Shown: positions 25,837 to 36,868, counted from the first letter of the stretch. The stretch is 64,000 nucleotides of DNA from an uncultured delta proteobacterium (GCA_963737905.1 CAVTUQ010000019.1:160001-224000); one strand, 5' to 3'. The notes: a model not told the origin generated them from the letters alone. Program-made: numbers and translations.

Positions 25837-26259
25837 TTAAACTTTAGGAGCCAGACCAGCGGCTTTGATTCCTTCAATGGCGCAAACCTCATCCTCATCG
25901 GCAGTGCCGCCGCTGACTCCCACCGCACCGATAATTTCGTTTCCATCCATGATTAACACGCCGCCCGCAACCGGAACCACTTTACCGCCGGACATGTCCG
26001 ACAAGGATCCCAAAAAAGCCGGCCGCTCTTTCAAACGCTCGCTCAATTGCCGGCTGGATTCGCCCATCCCAACGGCTCCCCAGGCTTTGCCGATGGCGAT
26101 GTTTGGTCGCAAAATGCTGGCGCCGTCTTCGCGCTTCAACGCCTTCACGTGCCCGCCGTCATCCAACACAGCGACGCACATCGGCCTGAACTTGGCTGCT
26201 CGCGCCTTGGCGAGGGCTTTATCGATAATCAACGATGCGCTTTCAAGTGTCAGCTTCAT
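25837..26259 (-). CDS. GlcG/HbpS family heme-binding protein
   Basis: VAVLDDGGH, GKAWGA, GGVLI..IGAVGVSGG..DE. Confidence 0.9.
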   Translation of the reverse strand: MKLTLESASLIIDKALAKARAAKFRPMCVAVLDDGGHVKALKREDGASILRPNIAIGKAWGAVGMGESSRQLSERLKERPAFLGSLSDMSGGKVVPVAGGVLIMDGNEIIGAVGVSGGTADEDEVCAIEGIKAAGLAPKV

Positions 26260-26580
26260 TTTCTATTCCTCCGATGTTTTTTTACTTGAGTCGAAACTTT
26301 GAACCTGGAAATCGCCGACGTTAAGCGACTGGGTCATGGATGTCGTGCTTTTCAAAGGCGCATTTCTTTTCCTCGGCTCATCGTATCGCAGGACCTCGGC
26401 CTGTCTGTCAAGCGCGACATGGATTTACCCTGAGGAGTTTGGCGACAATGGCTATCAGTTCTTCCCGTCTCCGCAATCGGCAGCTACAAAAAGCGGCTGA
26501 AGCGCGAGTCATTAATTGTAGTACTGTCTCGCCGGTCCGTTCCTGAACCGTGCGAAAGTGTTGCGCGTGAAGTTATTGGA

Positions 26581-27816
26581 CTACCTCTCCAAGGTTTCGT
26601 GACCCACGGCTGCGAGAAGAAGGGCGGATAACACAAGGAGCGGCGCGTAGGCAAGAAACGGCACACCCGGGCCGAAACTATCGGCGAGAAAGCCGCCGAG
26701 CAGCGGCGCGCTGACACCTCCCATTTCAGCCATCGTGCGCCGTGCGGCTTGCAGCCGCCCACGGGCGCTTGGCGGCACAACATCATAGGTCGACGTGGCC
26801 AACGATCCCAGCGAAAGGCCGTTGGCAATGCCGAGAAAAGCAAGCAGCACGGCCAACTGGAGGAAAGTCCCAGAAAAAGGAATGAGCAGAAAAGCCAGAG
26901 CAGGAATTCCGGTACTGGGAACGGTTGCCCATTTTCTTCCAACCTTGTCGATGACAAAGCCGGCGGGCAGGATCATGGCGAAAACAGTGAAGCCGAAAAT
27001 CGAAAACAAGAAGCCCACTTCTTTAGGCGTCAGGTTGAGCTGCGAACTGGCATAGAGCGGTACGATGCTCTGGGTTGTGACCCGGTGAACGAAACTGGTG
27101 AACGTGGCAAACACCAACACGACATAGGTTGCCCGCAGTTCCGGTTGAATCTGATGAAAAAGATCTCTCAGGCTGCGCAGCCGGTCGAGTACCGCCGAAA
27201 GCCCCCAGCCCTTTATGGAGTCCAGTGTAGAATGAGTTTCATAAGAGGATCGCGAGTTTTGAACCGAAAGTCCAATGAGCACGGATAGCGCCGCGCATAC
27301 CGCGTAGGCAACGAATATCGCTCTGAAGCCCAGGTTTTCAGTGAGCACGCCTCCCAACAAGGGACCCAAAGCGAAACCCAAGTAATTAACGCCATGAAAA
27401 CCGCTGAGAACTCTGCCGCGCTGGTCCGGCCGGGCGAGATCGATGCCGGCTACCTCGCGGGCGATAACCCAGACACTCTCTGCGACGCCGATCAAGAAGA
27501 CCAACACCAGGATCAAGCCGAACCAGGGCATGCCGGCGGCCAATAGCCCCGCAATGCAACCTAATGCCGGCCCCGCTATCAGCGCGGAGCGCGTGCCCAG
27601 GCGATCGAGGACCATGCCGCTCACGGGCAAGCCGGCAAATCGACCGAACGCCAATGCCGTAATGATTTGCGCTGCGGTGCCGGCGGAAATGCCGAACGAT
27701 TTTGCCACGACCGGAAGGGCGGGAACAATCATCGACCACATTCCTGCCAGCAGTGTGCTGGTGTAGAGCGTGACGAGCCCACGGACCGTGGGACTGGACT
27801 TTAGTGAAAAGATCAT
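26581..27816 (-). CDS. MFS transporter
   Basis: About 12 hydrophobic segments; GMVLDRLGTR and GFVIDKVGRK motif A. Confidence 0.88.
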   Translation of the reverse strand: MIFSLKSSPTVRGLVTLYTSTLLAGMWSMIVPALPVVAKSFGISAGTAAQIITALAFGRFAGLPVSGMVLDRLGTRSALIAGPALGCIAGLLAAGMPWFGLILVLVFLIGVAESVWVIAREVAGIDLARPDQRGRVLSGFHGVNYLGFALGPLLGGVLTENLGFRAIFVAYAVCAALSVLIGLSVQNSRSSYETHSTLDSIKGWGLSAVLDRLRSLRDLFHQIQPELRATYVVLVFATFTSFVHRVTTQSIVPLYASSQLNLTPKEVGFLFSIFGFTVFAMILPAGFVIDKVGRKWATVPSTGIPALAFLLIPFSGTFLQLAVLLAFLGIANGLSLGSLATSTYDVVPPSARGRLQAARRTMAEMGGVSAPLLGGFLADSFGPGVPFLAYAPLLVLSALLLAAVGHETLER

Positions 27817-27908
27817 GCGTGGTTGTGTGTTTGAGAGCGGTCGCGCGTGGTCGGCTCTATATTCGAGGGCGGCTAGGGTAATATTTCCCTGAATGCAATC
27901 GTGTTGTT

Positions 27909-29300
<1,392 letters not shown>

Positions 29301-29440
29301 GATTTGAAGTATCGAATAAAGCGTGAAGATGTCAACTCTTGTGGCCGACCGAGTCATGTAGATAAAATGCCTCCAGAAGTCAGGTCCAGGGTCCGCGATT
29401 ACTGGCAATCCGAAAAGAACGGCATGCACACATCGTTAAA

Positions 29441-29764
29441 ATGACGATTCGGGTTGGAAATTTATTTGCGAATTTGCCGGAGCTTTCCAGGTCGGAGCAG
29501 TTGCTGAGCCTGTTTGAAAACCCCCTCGTCGAGATCCAGCGCATCATTTCGCAATCTCATAGCAGCCCGCCCGGCTTTTGGTATGATCAAAACGAAGACG
29601 AGTGGGTCATGGTGGTACGCGGGGAAGCGACTCTGGAATTTGAAGGCGGAGAGCTCGTGCCCATGGCAGAGGGAGATTATGTGACGATTCCGCGCCATGT
29701 AAAGCATCGAATTCAGCAGACTGGTCCTAAAACGATCTGGCTTGCTGTACATGTTCGCGGCTAG
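29441..29764 (+). CDS. Cupin-domain protein
   Basis: WYDQNEDEWV..GEA and IPRHVKHR. Confidence 0.85.
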   Translation: MTIRVGNLFANLPELSRSEQLLSLFENPLVEIQRIISQSHSSPPGFWYDQNEDEWVMVVRGEATLEFEGGELVPMAEGDYVTIPRHVKHRIQQTGPKTIWLAVHVRG

Positions 29765-29787
29765 AGAAAGGCTGGAGGAACCTGTGG

Positions 29788-30264
29788 ATGACGCGCATTT
29801 ACAATAGCATCCAAATCCGGCGATCCATCGAGCAGGTTTTCGATTTCATCACGACGCCGGCAAGCTGGCCGCAGTGGCATCCGGCTTCGGTGAGTGTTGG
29901 CGGCAACGCTGACCATTCTTTGCTGCCGGGCGAAGAGGTTATGGAAAACATTTCCGTGGCGGGTCGTGGTGGGAAGGTCACCTGGTTGGTGCGGGAACGG
30001 AGCGCACCTCATCGCTGGATCATCGACGGCACCGGGAAAGACGGCGGCCGCGCAACGATTACCTATACCTTGACTGAACAGTCGGGTGGGACAAACTTCG
30101 AGCGAGAGCTCGTCTACACGATGCCGAACCCGCTGCTGGCGGTCTTGGATTGGTTGATTATCCGTTCGCGCATGAAGGCGGACTCCATGGAAGCATTAAA
30201 ACGTTTGAAGCGTCGACTTGAATCCAGCGTCGTGAATCCAGTCTTTGTACGGCTCGAACCGTGA
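29788..30264 (+). CDS. SRPBCC/polyketide cyclase-like protein
   Basis: IEQVFDFIT.PASWPQWHP; C-terminal helix ALKRLK. Confidence 0.82.
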   Translation: MTRIYNSIQIRRSIEQVFDFITTPASWPQWHPASVSVGGNADHSLLPGEEVMENISVAGRGGKVTWLVRERSAPHRWIIDGTGKDGGRATITYTLTEQSGGTNFERELVYTMPNPLLAVLDWLIIRSRMKADSMEALKRLKRRLESSVVNPVFVRLEP

Positions 30265-30290
30265 CCTGTGATTTGATACCAACGGTCATT

Positions 30291-30821
30291 TCACTTTCTT
30301 CTTTTTATATACTCCTTAACTTGAAACTCGTAGAGCGCGGAAATCGGGTATTCTTCCAAATTACGAACAGCCTCCTTTGTCTCGGACAAAATGACGACTT
30401 CTTGACCACGATTGGAAGCAAAGAGAAGTTTGATACCGGGCTTGCGGTCTAAAAACTCCCCAACGGCGCGAAGGGTATTGGAGAGACTATATGGATCAGG
30501 CATCGCATTGGGATCATCGCTCGGCTCCTTGCGTTCTTCATCCTGGCGGTCTAACTCTTCCAGGGAATATAAGAACTCCACATTCATTGAAATGCCCTCG
30601 TTCGGCTTCTCGGCAACGCTCGGATTTTCTGGCTCCCTCCATAGCCGCAGAAACGCTGCGAATCCTCTAACCTTTTTTTCTTCCTCTTTCTTGCTCTGGC
30701 TGTCTTCCTTGACTCGGCACCGGACGAGGTAACAGTTGCCGTAACACACCACTTCGTATGTTTCAGGCCGTAACGGCTCTAGCTTCTGCCCAACAACCCT
30801 AAGGATTCTTGAATAACTCAT
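30291..30821 (-). CDS. Hypothetical protein with an internal two-fold repeat
   Basis: GAGG RBS; YSRILRVVGQKL repeated as LSNTLRAVGEFL. Confidence 0.6.
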   Translation of the reverse strand: MSYSRILRVVGQKLEPLRPETYEVVCYGNCYLVRCRVKEDSQSKKEEEKKVRGFAAFLRLWREPENPSVAEKPNEGISMNVEFLYSLEELDRQDEERKEPSDDPNAMPDPYSLSNTLRAVGEFLDRKPGIKLLFASNRGQEVVILSETKEAVRNLEEYPISALYEFQVKEYIKRRK

Positions 30822-31250
30822 TGCCTCTGATCAGATAGCTCGTTTACAATGAAGATGCGATTTTCCCTAGACCCGCGTCCGTGCCACCTCTTCTTTGATT
30901 CCGGTTTTTTCAAGAGACTGGCCGCTTCCCGGCCAATAGCGTTATTGTCCCCCCATGGGGTTAGAGCTGTCAACCCGAGATTCGGGTATCGAGATTCCAG
31001 TCGGCACAAATCAGTTGAGGAAGGTGATCTAAGGGCTTTCTTGTTGCGCATCCGTGTGGGAAAATCTAATTATCAAGGAAAACAAGCCTAAACATCTGCA
31101 CCGCCGGGCGACCTTAGCAATTCGAGCCACCTCGAACACAGCGGTGTCCAGACCGGCCCGGCGACGATAGGCAATCGCGTTCCTCGTTTCGAGCAATGTA
31201 AAGCTCGCGTAAAGTTCTCAATTCGAGTCGATCAGAAAAGAGGATCCATC

Positions 31251-32150
31251 ATGCCTTTTTCAGAAATTGTCAAGGCAATCCAATACGGAATGCATTTCAG
31301 GCTTTTTGAGATCAACAGAACCGCGATCACGTTGTCTTCGCTCATCATGTTTTTCGCGGTGATCTTTGTATTTGCTTTGATCTCGAAATTGTTGCGCCGG
31401 ATCGCGGCATCACGGATATTTGCCCATCTGATTGTTGATGAAGCTACGCAGTACACGCTAAACCGCATTAGCCACTATGTCATCATGATCATCGGCGCTC
31501 TCGTTGCCTTTCAGTTCATCGGCATCGACTTGACCGGGCTCGCGGTGATTCTGGGCTTTCTCTCCGTCGGCATCGGTTTCGGTCTGCAAAATATCACATC
31601 CAATTTCGTGGCCGGCTTGATTCTGCTTTTCGAACGACCCATCAAGGTAGGAGACCGCGTCACCGTCGGCGATCAAGAGGGTGATGTGATAGAAATCAAG
31701 ATGCGGTCGACGACCATCCGAACCTTGAATAACATCGCGGTCATTGTTCCAAACTCCAATTTCATTTCGTCTACGGTTGTTAATTGGTCCTATGGCGACC
31801 GCCGGGTCCGGCTCGAAATCGAAGTCGGAGTATCTTACGGTTCCGACCTGGAGAAGGTTCTGCGGGTCTTGAAGGAGGTTGGCGATGAGCACCCCGAGGT
31901 TCTTAAGAATCCACTATCCGAAGTCCTTCACGCCGGATTCGGGAATTCTGCGTGGAATATGAAACTGCGCGCTTGGATTGCTGAACCGCAACGACATCCG
32001 CAAATCAGCTCGGAACTCCACTGTGCGATTGTAAGAAAGTTTCGCGAGAACGGCATTGAAATCCCCTTTCCACAGAGAGACTTGAACTTGCGTTCCCCTT
32101 TGCCTGTACCCTTTATGTCAACTATGTCAACGGCTTCGGCCGAGTCATGA
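31251..32150 (+). CDS. Small-conductance mechanosensitive channel (MscS family)
   Basis: GIGFGLQN..SNFVAG, ERPIKVGD, IVPNS, IPFPQR. Confidence 0.93.
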   Translation: MPFSEIVKAIQYGMHFRLFEINRTAITLSSLIMFFAVIFVFALISKLLRRIAASRIFAHLIVDEATQYTLNRISHYVIMIIGALVAFQFIGIDLTGLAVILGFLSVGIGFGLQNITSNFVAGLILLFERPIKVGDRVTVGDQEGDVIEIKMRSTTIRTLNNIAVIVPNSNFISSTVVNWSYGDRRVRLEIEVGVSYGSDLEKVLRVLKEVGDEHPEVLKNPLSEVLHAGFGNSAWNMKLRAWIAEPQRHPQISSELHCAIVRKFRENGIEIPFPQRDLNLRSPLPVPFMSTMSTASAES

Positions 32151-32297
32151 GCGCTCAACCGTCTCTGATCTGCGAGAAAGAGGACTGAAAAAAGCACCAA
32201 CTATATAGTATAGTAATTGCGAGTCTTTATCGGCGGCAAAGATTATTATGAATAGAACCAGTCCGCGTTTAAAGCGAATGAGCGAGGGAGGCTCACG

Positions 32298-32861
32298 ATG
32301 ACGAGACGTGCCCTGTTGCAGAGTGTGTTTGCATCCGCGATTTGGACCTTATTCAAGGATCTCGCTTTTGCGGCCCAGCCGCCATCAATGAAGGACATCG
32401 AGAATTTGCAGAAAAACTGGAAGGCGCTATTGGCTGACGGGACCAAGTTGCCGTCGCCTTCCGATCCGCTCAAGCTGTCGAAAGAAGAATGGCGCAAGCG
32501 TCTGAACCCAACGCAATTCAATATCCTGCGCGAGGAAGGTACCGAGCCCCCCGGCACGAGCCCTCTGAACAACGAAAAGCGGCCCGGCGTATTCGTTTGC
32601 GTCGGCTGCAACCTGGCCCTTTTTACCTCCGATATGAAATACGAGAGCGGCACCGGCTGGCCGAGCTTCTTCACCACGATTCCGGGCGCCTTCGCCAACA
32701 AAACGGATTACAAACTGATTCTGCCGCGGAGCGAATACCACTGCATCCGTTGCGGCGGCCACCACGGCCATGTCTTCGACGACGGCCCGCCGCCGACGGG
32801 GAAGCGCTGGTGCAACAACGGCGTGGCTTTAAAATTTATCCCCAAAAGCGGCAGCGCATAA
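32298..32861 (+). CDS. msrB: Peptide-methionine (R)-S-oxide reductase with a Tat signal
   Basis: MTRRALL signal, GTE, SGTGWPSF, HGHVFDDGP..RWCNNG. Confidence 0.95.
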   Translation: MTRRALLQSVFASAIWTLFKDLAFAAQPPSMKDIENLQKNWKALLADGTKLPSPSDPLKLSKEEWRKRLNPTQFNILREEGTEPPGTSPLNNEKRPGVFVCVGCNLALFTSDMKYESGTGWPSFFTTIPGAFANKTDYKLILPRSEYHCIRCGGHHGHVFDDGPPPTGKRWCNNGVALKFIPKSGSA

Positions 32862-32910
32862 CCAGTAAGGATTGAGACGACTTCCGAGTCGTTTCAATCC
32901 GATGTTCAAG
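32856..32910 (+). other. Degenerate attC-like site (attC0)
   Basis: GCATAAC (contains the msrB stop) + hairpin GGATTGAGACGACT/AGTCGTTTCAATCC + GTTCAAG. Left arm resembles attC1 and attC2, but the spacers are off the canonical register. Confidence 0.55.
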
Positions 32911-33197
32911 AAGCCCGTGGTTGAGGCAGGCGGGATCAATATAAGGGAAATGGTTGTGGTGGGCGGTTTGCGCCGAAGGAAGAGAAGGTTAAATTACACG
33001 GTGGACTTCGGCTCGCGGTAGAAATGGGCGCGGTAGAGTTTGCTCGGGTTTAGTTTTTTCTCCTTGAATTCCCACAACAAGAGAGACTCGGAACGATACC
33101 ATCGGTAACGTGAGCGCACTTCGGCGCCTGCGCTCTGATTTCAAAGCAATACAGCAGAGACAAACCGCGAGACGATTATCAGGTTGAGCGAACTTTT

Positions 33198-34289
33198 TTA
33201 TCCCGAGCGGCGCAGAATTTTGAACGGCGGCAGCACCGAGCGTAGCTTCAGCAACCCGCCACAACTTGGGCAGGCAGTGCGTTTTGGAGGGTCGATCTCG
33301 GGGACCGGCAAATCGACAGCGAAACCGTAACTTAATTCGATCAGGCCACGAATCCGATCGAGCGGGATCTTGCAGTTGGGATTCATAAAGCCGTAGTAGC
33401 GGATTTTCATGAAGCCAGTGGGCAGCACATGCTGCAAGAAGCGGCGGATGAACTCCATAACATCAAGAGCCAAGATTCTGGAGCGCTGGCTGTGAGGCTT
33501 GCGATAGCGAATCAGCACGGTGCGGTCCTGGACGCCAAGGATGCGCGAGTTGGAGATGGCGACTTTGAAGACGTAGGGAGCGAGGTATTTGAGGCAGGCC
33601 TCACTGGAGGAGACCGCTTGGCAGTTGACGTTCCAGGCGATTTGCCAGACATCGTTGGGAATTTGATCGAACAATTTTGCTTGTTTCATCAGATCGCGGA
33701 ACTTGGCCCTAAAGATGATCGAGAGCGCTTTGACCGGCAGAAAGAAATCGATTCGGGAAGGATGCCAAGAGCCATCCAATGAACGCATAGCGCCACCCGA
33801 AACGATGTAGTGGATGTGGGGATGGTACTGAAGAGTTCGTCCCCAGGTGTGCAGCACACCGAAGAAGCCTGGGAGATCGGCACCGATGTGTTTGGGATCA
33901 GTGGCGAGCTTTTTGATCGCCGCAGAAGAGGACTTGAACAGAGCCGAGTAACCGAGGCGCTGGTGTTGGCGGATGAAGGAACGCAATTTTTCTGGAACGG
34001 TAAACGTGATCAGGAAGTGATGGCCTGGGAGTTGGCGCTGGATCTGGGTTTGGAGCCACTGTTGGGATTTGTTGTACTGGCAGGTGGGACAGTGGCGATT
34101 GCCACAGGAAACGAAGAACTGTTGCGGCTCAGCACAGCCCTCGCACTGATAGAAAGCGATCCCGCAAGCCTCGGTGCGACAAGCGATGATGGCATCGATG
34201 ACTTTACGATGGCTGCTGGGCATGGTCGTAGCATAGCGTTGGAGATACTCGGGGCCGAAGGTGGAAAAGATTTCACGAATGGAGGTCAT
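33198..34289 (-). CDS. IS91-family rolling-circle (HUH, Y2) transposase
   Basis: Zn-binding CEGC..SCGNRHCPTC, HTWG..HPHIH (HUH), YLAPY (Y2), FLQHVLPTGFMKIRYYG. Confidence 0.95.
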   Translation of the reverse strand: MTSIREIFSTFGPEYLQRYATTMPSSHRKVIDAIIACRTEACGIAFYQCEGCAEPQQFFVSCGNRHCPTCQYNKSQQWLQTQIQRQLPGHHFLITFTVPEKLRSFIRQHQRLGYSALFKSSSAAIKKLATDPKHIGADLPGFFGVLHTWGRTLQYHPHIHYIVSGGAMRSLDGSWHPSRIDFFLPVKALSIIFRAKFRDLMKQAKLFDQIPNDVWQIAWNVNCQAVSSSEACLKYLAPYVFKVAISNSRILGVQDRTVLIRYRKPHSQRSRILALDVMEFIRRFLQHVLPTGFMKIRYYGFMNPNCKIPLDRIRGLIELSYGFAVDLPVPEIDPPKRTACPSCGGLLKLRSVLPPFKILRRSG

Positions 34290-35160
34290 GATCGAGTCCC
34301 TCCATCACGTGATTGATCAACTGACAGGCATCTTCCTGACCCTTCTGGGTCAGGTGGAGATAGAGCATGGTGGTTTCGAGACGGGAGTGGCCCAGGTAGC
34401 GTTGGATGACGCGCAGGTTGACGCCGGCTTCGAGGAGATGGGTGGCGTAGGAGTGGCGCAGGGTGTGGACCGCAACGCCCTTTTTGTTCACGCCGGCGTC
34501 CCGCTTGGCTTGGCGAAAGGCGCTCTGGAGGGTGCTCTTGGCCATGGGTTGGGTAGCCTGATGGGCATCGGTTTTTTTGTGGCCGCGAGCGGGGAAAACA
34601 AGCCGAGGATGGCGATGAGTGAGCCAGTATTGGCGCAGCAGATGGAGTGTGGGCTGGGGCAGAGCGACGTAGCGGTCCTTGGCGCCCTTGCCGCGGTGGA
34701 CATGGATCATCATGCGCTTACTGTCGATATCGGAGACTTCGAGGTGGCGGGCTTCGTCAAGGCGCAGGCCGCAGGAGTAGACGGTGGAGAGAAAGACGTG
34801 GTGGGGAGAGTTTTTAACCTGGGCCAGAAGGCTTCGGACTTCTTCGACGCTTAAGACAGCGGGCAGGCGGTGTTCGTTCTGGGCGCGCAGAATCGACAGG
34901 ATGTGCCAGTCGCGCGCTAGCACATGGACGTAGAAAAAACGAATACCGCAGTAGCAGATGCGCATCGTCTTGGGCGCCCAGCGGTTGACGTTTTTGCGAT
35001 GCAGAAAGTATTCTTGGAGCTCGGGTTCGGAGACGAGATCGGGCGTTTTCTCGTAAAACTCAGAGAGCATCCGTACCGCGCGGGTATAGGCTTTCTGGGT
35101 GGGTTCTCCTTTCCCATTGAGTTGCAGGATGGCGATCATCCGTGGATACCAATCGTTCAT
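34273..35160 (-). CDS. Tyrosine recombinase associated with the IS91-like transposase
   Basis: GLRLDE, GKGAKDR, HTLRHSYATH, LGH, TTMLY: the R-K-H-R-H-Y catalytic set is complete. Confidence 0.95.
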   Translation of the reverse strand: MNDWYPRMIAILQLNGKGEPTQKAYTRAVRMLSEFYEKTPDLVSEPELQEYFLHRKNVNRWAPKTMRICYCGIRFFYVHVLARDWHILSILRAQNEHRLPAVLSVEEVRSLLAQVKNSPHHVFLSTVYSCGLRLDEARHLEVSDIDSKRMMIHVHRGKGAKDRYVALPQPTLHLLRQYWLTHRHPRLVFPARGHKKTDAHQATQPMAKSTLQSAFRQAKRDAGVNKKGVAVHTLRHSYATHLLEAGVNLRVIQRYLGHSRLETTMLYLHLTQKGQEDACQLINHVMEGLDHDLHS

Positions 35161-35261
35161 AAAGTTCTCCTTCCGAAATAAGATAGGAGAGCTTATCGAA
35201 CAACGATGGTGGTGGGACAGGAACGAATGTCAGGGCGAATTAACTGCCGCGGAGCGGCTTA

Positions 35262-35321
35262 CTTGAACCATTGGGTTGAGACGGTCGCGGCAGACCGCGC
35301 CTCTCACCCACAACGTTAGAC
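35262..35321 (+). other. Integron attC site (attC1, 60 bp)
   Basis: R'' CTTGAAC, 5 nt, L'' GGTTGAGA, central stem CGCGG/CCGCG, L' TCTCACC, 6 nt, R' GTTAGAC; one extrahelical base in L''. Confidence 0.85.
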
Positions 35322-35344
35322 AGCCGAAAGTCAGGAGAGCGCCG

Positions 35345-36208
35345 ATGATGGATCCGATCAGACGCAAAATCCTTCAAACAGGCGGCGCGGCAACGGTGAT
35401 AATCGCAGCGCGGCGAGTGTTTGGTCAGCAAACTGCACAAGGAGGAGCTGCAATGTCGTTCTACAAAAAAGGCCCCGTTTGCATTCAATATGAGGAGGCC
35501 GGTTCTGGCTTCCCGTTGTTGCTCGTTCCTGGCGGGGGATTGAACTCGACGATCGCCGGCTTGAAACGCGGCGGGCCTTTCAATGCGATCGAAGAGTTCA
35601 AGGGAGAATACAGCTGCATCTTCTCGGACATGCGCAACGCCAATGGCGGTCAGTCCTACGGCCCACTTGAGATCGATCGGCCGTGGGATGCCTATACCGA
35701 TGACCATATCGGTGTGATGGATCATTTAGGAATAGACAAGTTCATGGTCATGGGCTTCTGTATCGGCGGTCCGTTGATTTGGAACCTTCTGAAGCGGGCA
35801 CCCGATCGCATCGTCGCAGCCGTGCTGGCACAGCCCAGCGGATTCCGCCCGGAGCTGCCCAACCACTCGTACGACAACAACATCAAGGGTTGGGGCCCCG
35901 AGCTGGTCAAGCGCCGGCCCGACATCACGATGGAGATGGTCGACAAATTTCTAACCAAGATGTACCGCACCAACCCCGACTTCGTCTGGACTGTGACACG
36001 CGATTTCGTGCGCAATTGCCGGACGCCGGTGCTGATCCTGCCGGATGATACCCCGCCGCATCCGTACGTCGTCGCCATGGAGGCCGCCATGCTTGCGCCG
36101 AAGGCAGAAGTGAGCATGTTCCCGTGGAAGGAGCCGAAGGAACGGATTCCCCTGGCGGTGCGCCAGATACGTTCCTTCCTCCGGGCGCACCGGCTCGCTT
36201 CTGTTTAG
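35345..36208 (+). CDS. Alpha/beta hydrolase with a Tat-like signal (cassette gene)
   Basis: IRRKILQ signal, LLVPGGG, GFCIGG nucleophile elbow; lies between attC1 and attC2. Confidence 0.85.
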   Translation: MMDPIRRKILQTGGAATVIIAARRVFGQQTAQGGAAMSFYKKGPVCIQYEEAGSGFPLLLVPGGGLNSTIAGLKRGGPFNAIEEFKGEYSCIFSDMRNANGGQSYGPLEIDRPWDAYTDDHIGVMDHLGIDKFMVMGFCIGGPLIWNLLKRAPDRIVAAVLAQPSGFRPELPNHSYDNNIKGWGPELVKRRPDITMEMVDKFLTKMYRTNPDFVWTVTRDFVRNCRTPVLILPDDTPPHPYVVAMEAAMLAPKAEVSMFPWKEPKERIPLAVRQIRSFLRAHRLASV

Positions 36209-36271
36209 ACGGAGGCGTCAGTACCAGAAGGCCGTCGACGCCAGGTGACCGCATGAAACCTTTCTTACGCC

Positions 36272-36331
36272 GTCTAACCATTGGGTTGAGAATGACGCGG
36301 CAGAGCGCCCCTCTCATCCATGGCGTCAGAC
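36272..36331 (+). other. Integron attC site (attC2, 60 bp)
   Basis: GTCTAAC-CATTG-GGTTGAGA...TCTCATC-CATGGC-GTCAGAC; close relative of attC1; R' has GTC in place of GTT. Confidence 0.8.
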
Positions 36332-36364
36332 GTCAGTCTCAGTCAACAGGTTACGGAGGTGGCT

Positions 36365-36832
36365 ATGGAACCCAACTGCACACCGATGCTGATAAGTACC
36401 AGGCCGGAATGGGAGGCGCGTCACAAAAAAGCGAGGACCTGTTGCAACTTGTGTATGGGATAACAGTGGAGGCTTGGAGTTAGCGGAAAGATTCTGGGAC
36501 GCGGCTATTGCGGTTGATCCAGAAGCTAAACGAACTGGGGATAGCGTTATGGATCACCAAGTGCGCTTTCAGATTTGTGGACCGCCACTGGTTTTGCGAA
36601 TGTTGAAACAAAGGCCCTGATTATTCCTATGGAGTTTACTTCCTTCGAGGATTTGTGGCGCATTGAGTCGAATGCCCAGGGACCGCCTAAACTTTATATC
36701 AGTACTCTCTCTGAGCATCGCCAACAGGCATTGAAGGAGCGACTACGCACGGATATTCTTGGTAATCGCCCTGATGGATCGATTATGCTTAGTGCCAAGG
36801 CTTGGGCAGTGCGCGGGGTGGTACCGGCATAG
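36365..36832 (+). pseudogene. Degraded class I SAM methyltransferase cassette gene
   Basis: GGAGG RBS and ATG, then fragments DADKY..MG, WDAAIAVDP and F.SFEDLW..AWAVRG spread over different frames; the SAM-binding core is missing. Confidence 0.6.
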
Positions 36833-36868
36833 AATTTTTCCGCGGACTGGTTTTTCGCAAAACGGAGC

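Larger units (their letters stand above)
32904..35268 (-). mobile_element. IS91-like element (HUH transposase + tyrosine recombinase) bounded by inverted ends
   Basis: Ends GTTCAAGAAGCC (32904) and GGCTTACTTGAAC (35256-35268); subterminal hairpin GCCGC-GGA-GCGGC; two overlapping genes. Confidence 0.8.

Noticed and set aside
34261-34854. 197-aa plus-strand ORF, and similar ORFs at 33429 and 33810
   Set aside because: Antisense shadows of the recombinase and transposase with no recognisable motifs
34273-35160. Calling the tyrosine recombinase a canonical integron integrase (intI)
   Set aside because: It is translationally coupled to the IS91-like transposase, no IntI-specific insertion or attI site was recognised, and it lies inside attC-defined boundaries. 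An HMM test is needed.
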